From positions 102,178,001-102,242,000 of the forward strand of contig NC_087437.1 in assembly GCF_036321535.1 (NCBI RefSeq): a stretch of 64,000 nt of DNA. Reading direction: 5' to 3'. Numbering within the stretch: the first letter of the stretch is position 1; each line of letters starts with the position of its first letter. A program made the position numbers and the translations under genes. The DNA comes from Camelus dromedarius. Lineage: Eukaryota. The notes beneath the pieces were generated by a model. The model worked only from the letters and a program-made list of their open reading frames with translations, did no database searches and had not been told where the DNA came from. Shown here piece after piece: positions 39,450 to 54,127 of the stretch.

Positions 39450-41950
39450 AATTCCCTTAAAAGTGTTTACAAATCCTAGACTCAAACAGTAAATCACAAA
39501 GCACATGCAAAAAAAGCCACCATTAGCGAGAGATAATAGAAACATTAAACATTAACCCTTGAGCTAACAGATACTGAACTTATCAGAAATATAATATGAA
39601 GTAAGATTGTTTTAAAAAAATTCTGGAATTTAAAAAATAACCCAGCTGTATGCTGCTTAAAAGAGACATATTTGCACTCATCCAGTATGATTACATTAAA
39701 TGTATTATGCTTGATTACCAGGGAATTTGGTAATATAGTTTAATATTGTGCTTAATTATAACATACATATGTCTATCCTATATCTGTGTAATATTCTAAG
39801 AAACAAATAGATATATTGCTTGGGTTTTTATCTTACAATAACTTTTAATTTTTTTATAATATGAAATTTACAACATACTTTTATAAATATTGCAGTTTGA
39901 ATCATACATAAGCTGCCAGAAAAAAATTATTTATGTCAACAGAAAAAATAGACATATTTAGAGATACTAAATAAAATAAGACGTGTAGGTAAAATGATAT
40001 GGAAAAATCAGATAAATTATATACATTAATGTAAAAAATATCACTACATAATGGTAAGTATTTGATTTAAAAAGAGGATATAACCATCTTAAGGAAGAAT
40101 GTGCCTGATATTAGCTTGAAAGTAAATGGAACAAAATGACAGAATTCCAAGTAGAAATGGAAAAAAATTCAGAATCATACTGAGTAATTTTAACACATAT
40201 TTCCTAGAATTTAATGGTAAATCAAACAAAATAATCAGTCAGAAAACTGAAGATGTGAAGTACACAAGAAATATAATCAAATGAGCATATGTGAACATTC
40301 CACTCAATAGCTGGGGAATGTACATTGTTTTCTCAAACTTACAATACATTTGAAAATTAACCTTGTATTAATCAGTAAAGAAAACTTAAGTGATTAAAAA
40401 AAGTGATAAGATACAGATCTCTCTCTGACTTTGAAATCAATTAAAAAAAACTTAAAAAATAATTTGAAAAGTAAAACATATTGAAACCAAGCACAGGTAA
40501 AAGAATAAATAATAATGAAAGTTAGAATTTATTTACATTTGATTGTTAGCAGAAATATCATATGTAAAAGCTTATGGAAGCATATTTAACAAGATAGGTC
40601 ATTTTATTTTTAAATATTTATTTAGAAAAGCCACATTAAGTCTCAAACTTAAGAATTTAAAAGGGAGTAAGAAAACAAAGGCAATATGTAGGAGTTAAGA
40701 AAATGGAGAATCAACAATTTTAAGTTCTTGTAATTCTTAGTTTAATAAAATCAGCTAACATCTAACAGCATTGAAGAAGAAATATAAGAGCTGAAAGACA
40801 AAACTAAAGATGTAATAGAAATATTGAAAGTTAATGAGAAAATGTCATAACAAACTTTGTGTTAGCAAATAAGAAAAAGTTGCTTTAAGTGAAAATTGTC
40901 TAAGACAGCTGTCTCTGTGTGAGGAGGGCAAATTGCTGAACACTGTGGACCCATTGCTTCCAAACTGCACACTGTATTCTACTGAGATCTTGATGTTGAG
41001 GACCTGGACTCAGGGGACACAGGACACTTTGAGTGAGCAGCTTATAATGGGATGTAACCCCGTGAGAAATCAGCTTGGTGGTAACAAAGAATTGGAAAGG
41101 AAAAAACTAAAATTAAAACTAAAAAAAAAGCCCAGGAAATTGTTGTAAAAAATTAAAAAGTCTATAATTCACTAAAAATAGATAATGTGAGTAGTTCTGC
41201 ATTGTTAGATAACAAAAGCAATACTTAAGCATTCATAAAAAAGTTATCATGCTCCAGTCATTTTAGTGATGAATTCTATCTACCAAATATTCAAGAAGAA
41301 AAAATATTAGCTTTCAAAAACTTGTTTGGAGTATTAAACAAGAATAGTAACAAATATCTTTAATTTTATGAATCTCCAATAGATCTGATACAAAAACCTT
41401 AGAAGAAAAGGAAATTACAGGTTAATATTCTCATAAATTAAAAAATAGACAATAATATTAGAGAAATAACATTTCCCTCATATTTCAAAATTGGATGAAT
41501 ATTTAAAAATCCACTGATACAATTCTCTATATTAGAAGATTAAAGAAAATCGATCATGTTGATTTTAATGCATTTAGAGATTTATTACATCATATTCATA
41601 CCCATTTACAATTAAATAAAAAAGAATCCTAAATAGAATGACAAAAGTAATTTTGTTAACCTGATAAACTGATAAAAACTTACAAATATCATATTTACTT
41701 GTAAATTTTTATAAGCCTTCCATCCAAAATCGGAAACAAGTAAAGTATGTCCACTATATTTCTTATATTAAACACTTAGCAAATAAGAGCAAATAAATAA
41801 GCCCAAAATAAAAAGCATCTTGTTGGGGGAAAAAAGTTGATTTTGCAAAGTAAGGATAAGCTTATTACATAGGAAGCCTAAAAGAATCCATAGTCAAATG
41901 GTTAGAATTGCAAGATTGCAAACTATATTAGGATAAGAAGAATGTGATTT
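39450..41950 (+). mobile_element. Ancient, highly decayed L1 (L1M5/L1ME-like) ORF2 region
   Basis: A-rich strand with L1 remnants: 'acccagctgtatgctgcttaaaagagacat', 'gaatgtacattgttttctcaa', 'ccaaatattcaagaagaa', 'ccaaaatcggaaacaag'. Confidence 0.65.
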
Positions 41951-42994
41951 AATAATTAATAATCGAATAAATAAACTAATAGAACCTCTGTTTTAACTCA
42001 TGCACGTAAAATTTATTCTATACCATACATGCTGTGGAATCAGTGATCCAGGCTGACATGATATGAGAATACAGCTAATAGCCACACTGAGCCTCTACAT
42101 CCCTCAAAGCAAAGTAGGCAATTATGCTTACGTGTTAATATAAAACAAAGCTATACCTTCATGAAAAGTGACACATTTATTTTGTATTTCATGTTCCCAA
42201 CTATTAGAGTTAAAATAATTGTGAAATGATTTTTGAACCTCTACTCATATGGCTGTGTTATTACAAGCCTGCAAATATTTCAAGCCACAGTTTTAGTATT
42301 GATTAAATGAGAATAAAATGTGTTTTGATCTCACCACAATTGCCTTGTCATGTAGTATTCTATCCCATTTTTATGTCTCTGACCCATAAAGCTTTTATAA
42401 CAAAAAACAAATTGGTATGATATATGCCAAAATAATTTATAAATTATAAAGATCTACACAGAGATTATAAATGGGTGCACAAAATACATTCTTCAAAAAT
42501 TTCAGACATACAAGTACATCTATGACTGAGTTCATGGTTCCAAGTATTAACAACAGATCAGTGGAGATAAAATACAGATAATGTGTAGAATTAAAATAGT
42601 GATAAATACTCCCTCACCACTGTCCATTCCAACTGTTCCCCCCCAAAAATGTTACAGAAGGCCACGTAAGCCAACATTGACTTCATGCTGGTATTCTAAG
42701 AAAGTTTGAATGTAGATGGGGCATTAGAGCTAAGCCTAAGCCTTGCAGGATGTGTAGCTTTCAAGAAAACATGGATAGAAATGAGAAGGGAAATATTCGA
42801 GCAGTAATTGAAGGATGGAAATCAAGATGGAAATTTACCAAGGCTATCTTGGTAAATCCTGACTAGTCCCATGTGGCTGAGATATGTTATTTTTAAGAGG
42901 GAGCAGCAATATGAAGGACTGGTGATGTGAGGACAGGCTGGGATCAAATAATGATCTTTAGTTATGTTCAGTAGAAAATGGGAAATCACTGTAG

Positions 42995-43715
42995 GTTTGG
43001 TTTCTCTAATTATTAGTGACCTTGAGCATTCTTTTTCCCATATACCTGTTGGCCATTTATATATTTTCTTTGAAGAAATGTCCAGTCAAATCCTTAGTCT
43101 GTTTTTCAATTGAGTTATTGTTTTTTTTGCTTTTGAGCTGTAGGATTTCTTTATATATTTTTGAGATTAACCCTTTATCAGATACATGGTTTGTAAATAT
43201 TTTCTCCCATTATAGGCTGTCTTTTCACTCTGTTGATTGTTTTCTTTGCTATGCCCAAACTTTTAGTTTGATGTAGTACCATTTGTTTATTTTGTTATTA
43301 TATATGAAATAATGTGCAGACAGATGTCATGAAGCTTTTCCTCTGTGTTTTCTTCTAGGAGTTATACAGTTTCAAGTCTTTTATTCAAGTCTTTGTCCAT
43401 TTTGAGTTGATTCTTGTGTATTATGTAAGATAAGGGTCCAGTTTCATTCTTTAGCAGGTGGATAACCAGTTTCTCTACCATTGCAGAGGAGTAAATGAGG
43501 AGTTACTAATCAATGTGCATAAAGTTTCAGTTTTGCAAGATGAATTAGTTCTGGAGATCTGCTGTATAACATTGTACCCGCAGTCAAAAGCAATGTTTTA
43601 TACACTTGAAATTTTGCTAAGATGATAGATCATATACCAAGTGTTTTAATCACAATAAAAGTAAAGAAAAACCAGAAGTATATAACCATAACAAAAAAAG
43701 AAAACAAGCGATCAC
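42995..43715. mobile_element. L1 with inverted ORF2 segment (42995-43478, minus) followed by 3'UTR and A-rich tail (plus)
   Basis: Minus-strand ORF2 text ('gagattaaccctttatcagatacatggtttgtaaatattttctcccat') abuts plus-strand 3'UTR ('aaagtttcagttttgcaagatgaattagttctggagatctgctgtataac..cacaataaaagtaaagaaaa'). Confidence 0.75.
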
Positions 43716-46700
43716 CAGTCATTCCCAATATTCTGAGATAAAAGAAAACAAGAGCAGAAGCTAGAATGTTGGCCAAAAAATAATGAAAGAGGCATACATT
43801 TATAAGAGATGCAATTTGCATTTTAATTTTCTGAACTTAGTCACAGATTGCGTATGTCTGGGCAAACAGTGCCTGAGAGAATGGGAGCATCCTGGGATGT
43901 TAACAGAAGAGTTTATTTTCAGTTTGAAGTACAAATACACTATCAATGAACTAAAACAGGTAAGACTTTAACTCAAGATTTCAAAGCCAGAAATACAATT
44001 TAGGGACCATCCTCATACAGGTGACTATTCAAGATGAATGTGCTATAGAGAATTTGAAAAACAGAACCCCTAGTTTTTTTTAGAGAGTGTTTAGTTACAT
44101 CAAGATTGAAGGAAAATAAGGTTATACGTTAAATAACATTTATTGATACTACTATATATAAATTCCTGGGAATATATTACAATATAAAGATTAAAACAAT
44201 TTACTCTCCTGCAATTTATAATCTAATAAATAAAACATAGATTGGTAGGGGGAAGGCAATCTATAAATTATTGCATAGAATTATGTTTGGTATTTGGTGA
44301 TTTTCATAAATTGTTTTCAGTCAGACAACAGCCTTGCAAGTTACTTTATCTAGATTCTGTGTATAAAGGGGAAAATGCCATTGAAAATAACATGGTTGGA
44401 AACAAAATTTGGATTGAAATACCTGTAGGAATCCTTCAAGAGCCTATGCTTTTTCCACTTCCTCAAACAAGAGGAGTTGTACAGAATAGTGGTAAAAGAA
44501 ATGTCTTTATGATTAAGAAGTCATTAGAAACCTTAGAGGCCCGGCTGTGTAGAATGTTGGAAGAGGTAGACATAACTCTCTGTGATTAGTGGATTAGCCT
44601 GAGGAAGAGGAAGCCAAAAACGACATAATATTTTGAGAAATACGACTGGGAATATAGCCAACAACATGATCTTCAGGGAAGAAGCAGGCTCATTGGAAGA
44701 TTCCTAAAGAGTAAGTACAGGTAACATGTTTGCAGGCAAATTGAGCGTGGAAAGGAATTTAAAAAATGATTTGGAGGGAATTTTATCGTTGATATCCGAA
44801 GATCCCTGGGAAGAAACATGGGCATCAAGTCAAGGACGTGTTTCAAGAGACATCACTTCTAATGATGAGATAAATGAGATACAAGGAATCCTTGATTATA
44901 TAGACAGAACAAAATGATTAGCAGGCAGAAACTGATAAAGTTATAGAAAATGACAAAAAATGACCACAATTGCTTTAGAAAATGTCATTCAAGTACAGAT
45001 TCTAGGCTTCTGACCTTTAAAAGTCTGAAGACCTTTAATAAGCATGGACTGTTTGGATATTTGAATAATTTTCTCTTAAAGTTGTCATTGCAGTTGTTAT
45101 GGTCCTAAAACTGTGCTGTGGTCTCTCTATCAAATATATATATACACGTACACATCTATGATACTATGTAAGGTATATTCATGTAAGTATAAACAATGCA
45201 GATAAATATATAATTATATGTGTGTGATTTTGTTAGGTATATATTACTTTTGGGAAGAGAGAAAGTTGAATATTAAAATGTTACATGTGTTTAGGAAACA
45301 TATGATATTAGATCCAGAGTCTTTTAATAACAGTATAGCAATAAATCTCTTTAGCATCAGTAATTATCACTACTCTGGGAATATAAATCTAAGTCCATAT
45401 GTCAGTATGATCCTTAGCTTATTCTATACTCATCTTCTAGAATTCTTCAGAAATTCTTCTTACCACTAGAGAATACTTGCTTTAACATGAAAAGTATCTT
45501 CTTCCTTTGTATTTATTTTATGTATGCACACACTATAGTCTATAAAAATACGTATCTATATCTTAAATCAATTTTAATTTTACCTAACTTGTATTATTAC
45601 TATTATTTTTATTTTCCTAGCCATACTTCTTTGGTGATTTGCGCCTTGAGTACGTAAGAGATTCAAAGGAAGTGGTAGTTTACACTGGAAGGAGCACAAA
45701 CTTCACATCTTGACACAATTATTATACTCAGTTTGAGTTGTCACAGATTATTGTAGCTTTCTGACTTCAGCTTCCTCATTTATAAAATGAGAGTATTAAT
45801 GATATCTTATAACCTCTTACATAGTAGATTCTCATAGAAATTTAACATAATTAATAAAACTTATTACAACTACATAATCATATATTGTTAATTTTTTTTT
45901 CCTAATTGGAGAACAAGGTCTTTCTAGATTTTTATATTTTTGTCAGTGTTAACTGGCCCTCTATTATGAAAGTCAAGGAATGTTGATTTATTTTCCAAGT
46001 CAATATAATCGTAGTATTAGTATGCCAAAACTATAAATGGTTTTATGTTTGGAAACATATACTGATCTCTTTCATATAGAGACAAACAGAATTTTATTTT
46101 ACAAAGTATTTGATGTCAAAATGTGATTGAAACTCAGTCTGATATTAAACTTGACCATTCCATATTACTGTTATTTATAAACATGAACATAATAGAGGTG
46201 CCAAATATGTGATATAAAAATCCAATTTAAATTTCACAGAGATGTTTTTGTTCCTCTGAGTTTGAACTCACCAAATAGTGTTGTGATTTCAAGGTTCTAG
46301 AAATTCCATCAAATGTGTCTGTAGAAAGAATGGTTCCAAACACTCAGAATGGATGTTTATCTCATTCAGGAGTTTTTATAAGAGACTAATACTGGTCCAC
46401 TATCTTCTTCAGCCATCTAACTTCATAACATTACCTCAATTCCCATCTTTGCTATCCTTTGATGTAATGGTTACCTTGGCTCTCTGTTGTTGAATTGGCC
46501 TGTACTCTGCAAATATTCCACTGTAGATTTGAATATTAGAGTCTAGCTGTGACTCCGTAATTTTTCTCCAGATTCTCAGGGGTGATCAAACTAGTTTAGC
46601 TCCACCTCCTCCGTTTTTGTTTTTGTTTTTGTTTTCCAAAGGTAGGGTTTGAAGGTGTAATTAACACAATAGCTGGTGGAATTATCAGCAAAAATAAATG

Positions 46701-47522
46701 AGGACTCTCTCAATTCATCTTGCAGATAATAAAGTTATCTATTCATTTTCCAACTGAGAAGACTCTGTGGTGCTTCTAATCCCCAAACTAAAACCCAGTG
46801 TTAAAATCACAGGGCAGTCATGCACATTATTAATAAGTAAAGCAATATTTGCCCTAACTCTACCTCACTTTAACATTTCAGCCCTACCCTGGATATAGTC
46901 ATTTTCCCAAATGGCTACATGTAGTCAAAGGAAATACGCTTAGAGACATCTGACCCAGCGAGGAAATAGCTATTCATTCTGGAGTATTACACAAGCTTTG
47001 GAATCAAGGTAGACTGATGTAATTCATACTCTGCTACCCAACCATCAGCATAACCTTGCACAAATAGCACAAATTTTCTGAGCATATTTTATCTTTGAAA
47101 CTTAGAGTATAGTAGCATTTACTTCCATGAACTGCCTGAACATTAAACAATGTCTAAAAAATATCTAGAATGCAACCTTATAAACAGCAATCACTTGATA
47201 AATATAATCTCCTTTACATTGAAAACAAGATATTTTTCTCAGATGCTAATAACTTGAAATCTTCTCCTTAGAAATGGGAGAACTGACTCAAAGAAAATTT
47301 TAATTTATTGCTTTATGATGTTAAATATTATATGTTGCTTTTCACAACCAGATTCTTACTGACCAGAATCTTAGTGTTTTTGAGAAAATAGGCATGCACA
47401 CATCTAATGTACTGACAAATAATCTTTAATGATCTCTCTTTTTAAACAGAATTCTGCTTAGAAGTGTATCCTAAAAAACTAGGACTTACTAAAAGAAGAA
47501 ATGATCCTCTTTATACAATATT

Positions 47523-47603
47523 ATTAGATTGAACCACAAGAAATTGTCGTTTCTGAAAGTCAGAATGGTTGAATGTTACCAATTTCATGTGGTTCAACCT
47601 AAT
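47523..47603. mobile_element. ~80-bp MADE-like mariner MITE (hairpin)
   Basis: 24-bp terminal inverted repeats attagattgaaccacaagaaattg / caatttcatgtggttcaacctaat (22/24 complementary). Confidence 0.75.
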
Positions 47604-48499
47604 TATTTAGCACTCACTCTCCAAGTCTCAATAATGAATAAATGTCAGATAAACAAGTCAAAACATGAGTTACATTTTCAACTATACTGCTTGCAGATGA
47701 AAAATTAAATAAAGTTGTTCTTTAAAATATTTTTGCATTATAATATTTTGTTACACAATAAACAGAAGCAAGCCTGTTTGATCTTATTCACTGTGTTAAA
47801 TTGTTCTATAAAGCTTTTTTTCAATTAACACCATATTTTTTAGTCTTCTTTTTTGTGTGCTGACAAGGTTCATTTATGAATTGGAATTCTTGTATATTTT
47901 AACAGGTTAATCTTTTTGTCTTGTAAATGCATGTTTCACTAGATTTAATCCTAAACATGTAAATTTTCTTGCTATACAAAATTACTGAAATTGCGTGAAG
48001 AAAAATGAAAGTCATTAAGAATGAAATTCACTATGAAAGTCATCTTTTTTTAATCCCGTTAAATTCCTACCTCACATTCCTCAGCAATTGCTCACTAACA
48101 AAACTAGTAGTAGTAATAGTATCAGTATGATTATTAATATGTAACATGTTCAAGGTTTAAATGTTATTACCCATTCGCATTCATATTATAATCATAATAA
48201 TTTTTTGCATCTATACCTACATATTCTGTTTTCCATTCATGGATGAACTATCCATATTCCTAATCAAGGCAAGTACTTCCACTGTGCACTAGATCTAATC
48301 ATATATCACCTAACCAAGGATTCTGCAAAAGTACTCTTCATCTCTCCCACATTTCTTCAGAATATAAGTGAGATGAAATTTCTACCCCATAAGTTACCAG
48401 ACTGTTTATTTTCTCCACTTTCTAAGTAAAACTTCTTGGAAGAATAGTCTTGAACACATTGTCTCCAATTCCTCTCCTAGAGTTATCTTTTATGTTTGA

Positions 48500-51400
48500 C
48501 TGTATTTATTTGATTAATTTATTTATTAAAGTGTAATGATTCAGAATAGGAAATAATCGTAGTTATGTAGCTTGGTGAATTCTTAAAAGTGAGATAAAAA
48601 GTAAAAATTAGATTCTTTCAAGAAGTCCCCTTGGTGCCTGCTCTCAACAATGCCCTGATACATTATTTCCAACTCTTGTTTATTAAAAAATGCTATTTTT
48701 GGCATTCTTGAACTGATTTACTTACACCAAATTTATTATTAACAATTTAATTTCAGAATGCATACATTTTAAGTTACGGTTCAATGAGTTTTGATGACCA
48801 TTTGCACCATGACCATAATCAATATGTAGAAGCACTTCATAGTTCCAGAATGTTCCATCATGACCGTTTGCTGTGAATATCCTCTCCCCAACCCTGGCTC
48901 AAACCATTATTTTGCCAGCTGTCACTGTAGATTAGTTTTGGCCATTGAGGAAATTAGGTATGTCTGATAGAGAGATGGAGAGATAGAGAGTTAGAGATAG
49001 GCATAGAGATCTATACATAGGCATAGGTATATAGATATATGAAATCATACTGCATGTGCTCTTTGGTTTTTTTTCACTTAGCATGAGTTGTTTTTTTTTT
49101 TATATTCACTCCTATGCCACTAAGTTTCAGTATTACATAAATGTTACTACTGAGTAGTATGTCCATCCAATCACCTATTGAAGGGTATTTCAGTTGTTTC
49201 TCTTTGGAGCTATTATAAATAAAGCTACTATGAACATTGATATATAAGTCTTTGGGTGGACATATATTTTCATTTCTGTTGGCTAATTAATATTAGAGGG
49301 GTTCATTTGGTAGGCCATAAGATAATGTTAGAAAAAACTTGTAGATCTTTTCCCAAAGAGATTGTAACAATACACATTATTATCATCAGTGTAAGAGAGT
49401 TCTTTGTCAACACTTAGAATCTTTTAAAAATTGTCAATCTTTTAAAAATTGTGGTATGCATTGTTATCTTCTTATGATTTTATTTTTATTTTCCTAATGA
49501 TGCTGAGAACTTTTTTCATCTGCTCATGGGCCATTCCTGTATCTTCTTTGTAAAGTGTCTGTCAAATATGATTTCTCTCTTCTCAAAATCAATGGCTTGT
49601 TTCTCTTCATAGTGTAGAGTTCTAAAGATTTTTTTATATATTAAAAATAAAGTTCTATGTATGATGAATCAGTACTGCAAATATATTGTCCTAGACTTTA
49701 GCTTTAATTTTTTTCTAATTTTCTTAATATTATCTTTAGTTGGACAGCTGTTTAAAATTTAATCAATTTCAATTAATCAGTGTTTTCTTTCATGTTTTAT
49801 GCTGTTTGTTGTATCTAAGAAATATTAGCTTAGTTCCAGGTTGTCAATATTTTCCCCTAGGTGTTTTTTCCAGTTTTCTAATTTTAGCTTTTGTGCTATA
49901 TCCATGATCATTTTCAACTTAATTTGTGTGTATCATTTAAGTCAAAATTTTTTATTTACATATGGATATCCAGTTCAAGGAAAATATTACTGAATATTTT
50001 GAAATACTGAATATTGAAAATATTATTGTTGCTCTATTGATTTACCTTGGCAACTTTGCTGAATATAAATGAATATCTATGTGTAATCTGTTTCTAGAAT
50101 CCCTATTCTATTCCAATGATCTATACGTTTATATCTTCACCAATACTATACTGAATTGCTTATCATATTTTAATAAGTACATGTTAAAATCAGGTGGTTA
50201 TTTCAAATTTATTGATTTTGCAAGATTTTTTTGACTAGTCATAGTATTTTGCACTATCATATTTTGGGGACACAAGGATTCAGTATGTCAGTTTCTACCA
50301 AAAAAAAATTGTAGATATGTGATTACAAATGCTTTGAGAGTTAGAGATTAATTTTAGTAGAATAGTCAGCCCAACAATCAGGTTGTCTTCTCCTTAAGAC
50401 ATCTTTACTTATTACTTATGTGCATTCAAACCCATATGCCTTTTATTTCATTTCATTTTGTAACTACACTGGAAAGGACCTCTAGTGCAAAACTGGAGAG
50501 AGGTGGTGAGACTTAGCTCTTTTACTTTGTTCTTGATCATAGGGGAATAGCATATAAATTTTTTGAAGTGTGGTATTAACTATGAGGATTTTTTTTTTAC
50601 AGTTGCTCTTTTTCAGGCTACAATTGTTTCCTTCTAGTTCTAGTTTTTGCATTGAAAATTGCTGAAATTTGTTGAAATGGTTTTCCGTTATCTATAGATG
50701 TATTCAGATGTTTTCTCTTCATTGTTCTGATGATTTATATTGATGTACTTTTAATATTAAATAAACCCTGCATTCCAAGGATAAACATCATTTGTTCACA
50801 TTATATTTTCCATATATTGATATACTTAGATTTGATATTTTTGCATGTAAGTCCATGTGAAATACTCATTTTTAAGTTTATCTTATTTTAATATCTTTTC
50901 TTGGTTTTGGTGTCAGAATAATTGTTTCCTCAAAAAATGAGTTGGGGATGCATTCTCTCTCAATCATTTAAAAAATTATACAATTGGTAACACTGCTTCT
51001 TCAAATGTGTGCTATAACTCATCAGTGAAAATATCCAGGTTTGGACTGTCTGCTGTGGAAATGTTTCCAACCATGTATTTCTCTAACAAATATAAATTTA
51101 TTCAAATTTTCTAGAGACAGTTTTGTCAACTTTTAAAAAATAATGACTCCTTTTTATGCATATTTGCAATTCTGCTGTAAACTTGTTTTCTAAAAATGTT
51201 GATGAACTTATTCCCTCTTTCTGTTCTGATGTTAGTCATTTCTGTCTTCTCTTTTTGTTGCCGTTGTTTTCTTGAACTGTCTAGCTAAAGATCAGTCAAT
51301 CTTTATAATCTTTCCATTGGCTTTTTCTGTTGTTTTTCAGTTCTCTATTTCCATTCTTATCTTTATTATTTCCTAACATCTACTGATACTGAGTTTAATT

Positions 51401-53040
51401 TGCTCTTCTTTTTCTAGTTCCTTTAATAATTTATTTTAGATCATTTTTCTTATACTAATATAGGAATTTAAAGCTTTATTATTTCCTCTGGTACTGCTTA
51501 GCAGAGTTAAACTTATTTTGATGTGTTTTGTTTTCATCATCATTCACTTCAACTTAATTTCTAATTTTCTTTTTGTTTATATTTTCCTATAGGGGTAGAA
51601 CTTGAACGTACCTTTTTTCAGCACAACTGTTCAACTCATTACACACATACACTTGAATACAGCTGAATTTTGTTGTTTTTTCTGCCTACAAATTATGCCT
51701 TTTTATTGAAGATTTATTTGCAGTAGATACAGTTACCAATTATTTCAACAATTTTATCTTACTATTTGAATTCTGTTTGTTCTGTTCTTTTTTCCCTCAC
51801 TTTCTGCTTTGTTTTACATTATGTAATTTTAATATCCTATTTTAACTTTCCTAATAAACTTTTAGCTTTCCTTTTAATGTTTTATTTTTAGCAGATGCTC
51901 TAGTGTTTGCAGTATGAATCTTTGACTTATCACAGTGTGCCATGAAATAATAGTATACCACCTTGGACACAAGTTAAGAACCTTCTAACAAAATGCTTCT
52001 ATTTTCTTCTCCCACTGTTTGTGTTATTTTTGTCATACATTTTTTTCTACCTATGTTATAATCTCCTGGTCCATTTTAATTAATTTTGCTTTAAATAGAT
52101 AATTTTTACATTAAAAATTAGAAAAAATATTTTTGTAGTTACCCAAAATACTATATTTCTGGAATTCTTTATGTATTTTTTCCAAATCAAAATGTTTCTC
52201 TCTGGTACCATTTTTCTTTATTGTGTAGATTTTACTTTAATATTAGGTGAATACCACTCTCTTGGCAACACATTCTTTCAGCTTAGTTGACCTGAAAAAT
52301 TTTTTATTTTGCCTTAATTTTGTAAATATTTAGGATGTCATCCATTTTAATTATATAACTATTTTACAATACTGGACATTGTTGCATTTTTTAGAAGTTA
52401 ATAATAATTTATATTTAGGATTATTTGACTTCTTTTTTAAAGCTCATCTATTAATGTAATTCAGATAGGAATCGTTCTCTCAGTTTGTTTTTTAAATAAA
52501 AAAGTGTATTTAGTCTTTATATTTAAAGAAGACAAAATGTAGGTCTATACCTTAACAGTTATTTTTCTTCAATACTTCAGATAACATTCACTTGTATATA
52601 ATTTCACTATTTTAAATATCATCTCTGAGTCAGTCTTACTGCTACTTCTTTAAAAGATGTGTATTTTTCTCTGGTTGTATTTAGATTTTATTCTTGTCTT
52701 TAGTTTTTAAGCATTTTTACTGTCATGTGCTTAGATGATGTTTCTTTGTCTCTCCTCCCCCTTTGAATTATTCAGTTTCTTAAATTTGTGGCATTATATG
52801 TTTCATCAGTTTAGGAAAAAACATTAGTCAGTATGTTTTTTCAAATATTGCACATGTTTCATTGTTACTCAGTTTTCCTCCTGGAATTTCAAATACTCAA
52901 ATGCTAGACTTTTTTTTTTTTTTTCTATCATGCCCCAAATTTTCCTTGCACTCTTCTTGGCAGTTCTATTTCTATTTACTCTTTCCCTTTGCACTTCAAT
53001 CTGGATATATTCTGTTGATCTATATTATGATTTTCTATAA
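48500..53040 (-). mobile_element. Ancient L1 (L1ME-like), decayed and fragmented
   Basis: T-rich strand with L1 remnants in colinear order: 3'UTR ('tcaatgagttttgatgacc', 'gctattataaataaagctactatgaacatt'), ORF2 ('catatggatatccagttc', 'ggacctctagtgcaaaactggagagaggtggtgagac', 'ccctgcattccaaggataaac') and an ORF1-like region. Confidence 0.75.
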
Positions 53041-53248
53041 TTGGGATAGCTGAGCAGATGGTTTTACTGTTAATCAAGAGAAAAAAGATGAAACAAAGAG
53101 CAGATTATAATACAGGAGTTGAAGGTAAGAAGAAAGTTTAGGTTTTGACAATAGAGTTAAAATGCACACTCCACATTCATAGAGAAATGAATACTGTATT
53201 GAGAAACATGGAAAAAATCGGTAATAGAATTTGGTCCATATTCTTTAA

Positions 53249-54127
53249 TTTTTTTATTTTTTATTTTTAGAAATTAATGCTTTATTCTCTTAGCAGTAAA
53301 TCCACAAGCATTTTCATACCCCTAAGTATTATTCTTAAATACAATGCAGTGTCCCATTGTACTAGATATTATTTATACCTCCATTTTTAAAATTTCAGAG
53401 CTTTTTTATTAGTTTAAGTATAGTCAGTTTATAATATGTCAGTTTCTGATGTACAGCATAATGTTGTAGTCATACATGTACACAAATATATTCCTTTTCA
53501 TATTTTTTCATTTTCATTATAGGTTACTATAAGATATTGAGTATAGTTCCCAGTGACATACAGAAGAATCTTGTTGTTTATCTATTTTATATATAGTAGT
53601 TAGTATCTGCAAATCTCGAATTCCCAATTTATCCTTCCTACCTCTTTCCCTCTGGTAACGATAAGTTTGTTTTCTATGTCTGTGAGTCTTATTTCTGTTT
53701 TGTAGGTAAGTTCATTAATGTCTTCTTTTTTTTTTACGATTCCACATGTGAGTGATATCACACGGTATTTTTCTTTCTCTTTCTGGCTTATTTCACTTAG
53801 GCTGATGATCTCCAGGTCCATTCATGTTGCTGCAAATGACACTGTTTTATTCTTTTTATGGCTGAATAGTATTCCATTGTATAATTATACCACAACTTCC
53901 TTATCCAGTCGTCTGTCTCTGGACATTTAGGTTGCTTCCATGTCTTGGCTATTGTAAATAGCACTACTGTGAACACTGGGGTGCATGTATCTTTTCAAAT
54001 TAGAGTTCCCTCTTGATATATGCCCAGGATTGGGATTGCTGGATCATATGGTAAATCTATTTTTATTTTCTTAAGGAATCTCCATACTGTTTTCCATAAT
54101 GGCCATGCTACACTCCTTTCCCACTAA
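53249..54127 (-). mobile_element. 5'-truncated camelid L1 with 3' transduction, TSD-bounded
   Basis: L1 3' sequence at 53401-54127, a non-L1 segment at 53269-53400 and a poly(T) tract at 53249-53268. TSD catattctttaa at 53237-53248 and 54128-54139. Confidence 0.88.
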
